DNA of 64,000 nt. Source: Mobula hypostoma. Taxonomy: Eukaryota. Both the position numbers and the translations under genes were made by a program. The notes under the pieces are model-generated. The model saw only the letters and a program-made list of their open reading frames with translations, was not told the origin of the DNA and searched no databases. Location: NCBI RefSeq assembly GCF_963921235.1, contig NC_086097.1, positions 60,142,001-60,206,000 on the forward strand. Reading direction: 5' to 3'. This document shows, one piece after another, positions 61,368 to 64,000 of the stretch; position 1 is the stretch's first letter, and each line of letters starts with the position of its first letter.

Positions 61368-64000
61368 CCAATTGTCAGAGAATTCAGTTTAATTCAAAGT
61401 ATTGTAAAAATTGATGCCTTAATAGTTAATTAAAGTATAGCTGACCATAGAGAGAAAAAACTCAGAGGTAATGGAGCGAGTCAAGAACGCGACTTCACTC
61501 CATGAGCGCTACCGGAAGTCTCCCGAAAATGACATTCTCAAAGACTTTGATGACTTGTTTTCTGGATTAGGATGTTTACCAGGGAAACACCATATCCTGA
61601 TTGATCCAACTATTGCACCAGTCGTGCATGCCCCAAGGAAGATTCCAGTAGCTCTCAGGGATCGAGTAGTGGAGGAGCTACACAGAATGGAACAGATGGG
61701 AGTCGTAACAAGACAAATAGAACTGACCGACTGGGTGAATAGTATGGTGACAGTGGTCACAGAAAAAAAGACGAGGATTTGCATGGATCCACAAGATCTC
61801 AACCAAGCCATCAAAAGAGAGCACTATCCGCTGCTCACAGTTGAAGAGGTTGTCTCCCGCATGCCTAATGCAAAATACTTTTCAGTATTAGATGCAAATC
61901 AAGGTTTCTGGCAAATCAAGCTGGATGAAGAAAGTTCCAAATTACGTACTTTCATCACGCCCATACAGAGATATCATTTCCTGCACCAACCCTTTGGGAT
62001 TTCTTCTGCATCAGAGGTATTCCAGAGATCTGTGGCACAAATGATTGAAGGCCTGGACGGGGTGGTCAACATCACTGATGGTTTGCTGATATGGGGTGAC
62101 ACAATTGAGGAACATGATCAGAGACTGAGGAAGCTCCTGGAGAGAGCACGTGAGTACAACCTAAAACTGAACAAAAGTAAATGTAAGATCAGAACTACAG
62201 AGATCAAATACATAGGTCATGTACTCAGCGCTGATGATGAAAAGGTCAGAGCTGTGGTACAGCTACCACCACCCAAAGACAAGCAAGAACTATTGAGGTT
62301 CATGGGCATGGGTATCTTGCCAAATTCATTCCCAACTTATCAGAGGTCAGCGCTCCACTCCGAAAGCTACTAGAGAGCAACACTGAATGGCATTGGGAAG
62401 ACGAACAAAAGAAAAGTTTTGACACATTAAAGCAGCTGGTTACCAATGCACCAGCACTCAATTTCTATGTTGTCAATAAACCGGTGGCGATGTCTGTTGA
62501 TGCCATTTTGGAGGGAATGGGAGCTGTTATACTGCAGGATGGGAGGCCTGTGTCATATGGATCACGAGCACTTACGGACTGTCAATGCCGATATGCTCAA
62601 ATCGAGAAGGATTTACTCACCATAGTTTATGGGTGTGAGAAGTTCCACCAATATGTATATGGCAAAGAAATCCAGGTTGAGAGTGATCACAAACCACTTG
62701 AGAGCATCTTCAAAAATCCACTCTACCAAGCTCCTATGAGGCTGCAAAGGATGCTTCTCAGGCTACAGAGGTACACTCTCACAGTCACCTATAAGCCAGG
62801 AAAAGAACTGTACATCGCTGATGCTTTGAGCCGTGCTTACCTCAAAGAGCAAAAGGAAGAGTCGCTAGAAAGAGAGCTGGAGGTCAACTGGGTTACACCT
62901 CAGCTACCCATCTCTGAGGAGAGGTTGAACATGTTTAGGAAAGCGACCACAGATGATCCAGAAATGCAAATACTGAGAGACATTTCAATGAATGGATGGC
63001 CAACAGAAAGAAAAGATGTTCCAAAGGAAATGCAGAAATACTGGACATTTAAAGAGGAAATCAGCTATGCATCAGGACTAATGTTCAAAATGGCAAAGCT
63101 CATCGTACCAAACCAAATGAGACAGGAAATGCTCAACAGAATTCATGAGTCATACCTGGGGATAGTGTAATGTAAAGAAAGAGCAAGAGGCATTCTCTAT
63201 TGGCCAGACATGTCAACTCAGATAGAAGACATTGTGTCTCAGTGTGCTGCCTGTTATGAAAACAAAAACAACAATCCAAGGGAGCCTCTGCTTCCCCACC
63301 CACTACCAGGAAGGTCCTGGGAGAAGATCGGCACAAATCTCTTTCACTACAATGGTGCAGAATATCTGCTTTGTGTGGACTACTATTCAAAATATCCGGA
63401 GATCACCAAGTTAAGTGACACGTCCAGTCAAGGTGTCATTACCGCAAAGAAGTTGACATTCGCAAGACATGGTGTTCCAGATATTGTTGTTAGTGACAAT
63501 GGTCCACAATATGCCAGTGGCGAGTTCAGAGGGTTCTCAGAAAGCTGGGAATTTCAACATGTTACTTCCAGCCCAGGGCACGCTCAGTCTAATGGACAAG
63601 CAGAGAGAGCTGTACAAACTGTCAAGAACATGCTCAAGAAGGCACAAAGCAGCAACGGTGACCCTTACATTGCTCTGCTTGAATACCGCAACACACCGAT
63701 TGAGGGTGTGGGGTTCTCTCCTGCGCAGCTGTTGATGGGACGTCGTCTGAAGTCCAAACTGCCAACATCCACAACTCTACTGACTCCTGAAGTAATGCTC
63801 AAGTACGTGACAAGCAAAAGTACAAGCAGATAAAGCAAAAGAGCTACTATGACAGACATACGAGACAGTTGCCAGATCTGCATACAGGTGAAAATGTCAG
63901 AATACAGAGAGGAGACACTTGGCAGCCAGCTGTGGTTGTGAACAGACATCAGCAACCAAGGTCCTTCATAGTTCGCACGCCGGATGGAAGAGTCTACAGG

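Larger units (their letters stand above)
55624..61524 (-). mobile_element. Full-length L1-clade LINE (5.9 kb) with two intact ORFs
   Basis: Perfect 15-bp TSD GAAAATGACATTCTC (55609-55623, 61525-61539). 5' end GGGAGACTTCCGGTAGCG; 3' end AATAAAAAGATTTAAAAA. The flanks rejoin into continuous Gypsy pol (VEKENDILKDFDDLF). Confidence 0.97.
54243..64000 (+). mobile_element. Gypsy LTR retrotransposon, Mag-like clade (K02A2.6-type pol), interrupted by L1; runs off the window end
   Basis: 134-bp 5' LTR TGTAAT...ATTACA (54243-54376); PBS TGGTGTCAGAA (54377-54387, tRNA-Leu type). Gag has twin zinc knuckles CNRCGYKH / CRFCQKRNHFARMC. Protease FKLDAGAKCNV, RT 61525-62370, RNase H 62484-62850, integrase 63210-63833 (VDYYSKYPE, SDNGPQY, SNGQAER). 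Several stops and frameshifts. Confidence 0.93.

Overview
Eukaryotic non-genic DNA made almost entirely of transposable elements. The repeat mix (esterase-ORF1 CR1 LINEs, Rex1/Babar-like LINEs, Penelope-like elements, RTE, Gypsy) suggests a cartilaginous fish such as a ray or shark; this is an inference. I found no host protein-coding gene with confidence, and most listed ORFs are TE fragments or antisense shadows of them. Main contents: (1) a full-length L1-clade LINE with two intact ORFs and a perfect 15-bp TSD (55624-61524), innermost in a four-level nest of Rex1-like LINE > PNMA-Gag Gypsy > Mag-type Gypsy > L1; (2) a near-intact young CR1 (28574-32564) and a decayed full-length CR1 (about 2228-7170); (3) two complete decayed Gypsy proviruses, one Mag-type and one CsRN1-type, with LTRs, PBS, PPT and TSD; (4) two solo LTRs with perfect 5-bp TSDs; (5) Penelope-like elements carrying minimal hammerhead-ribozyme motifs; (6) an internally deleted Tigger/pogo DNA transposon with a segment resembling mammalian MER2/Tigger3; (7) non-autonomous bipartite retroposons; (8) an unclassified LTR-like repeat of about 1.3 kb in two copies with islands of perfect identity; (9) repeat-poor AT-rich islands that may be conserved non-coding elements. 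Family names come from my recognition of motifs, not from database searches. Coordinates of old decayed fragments are approximate.
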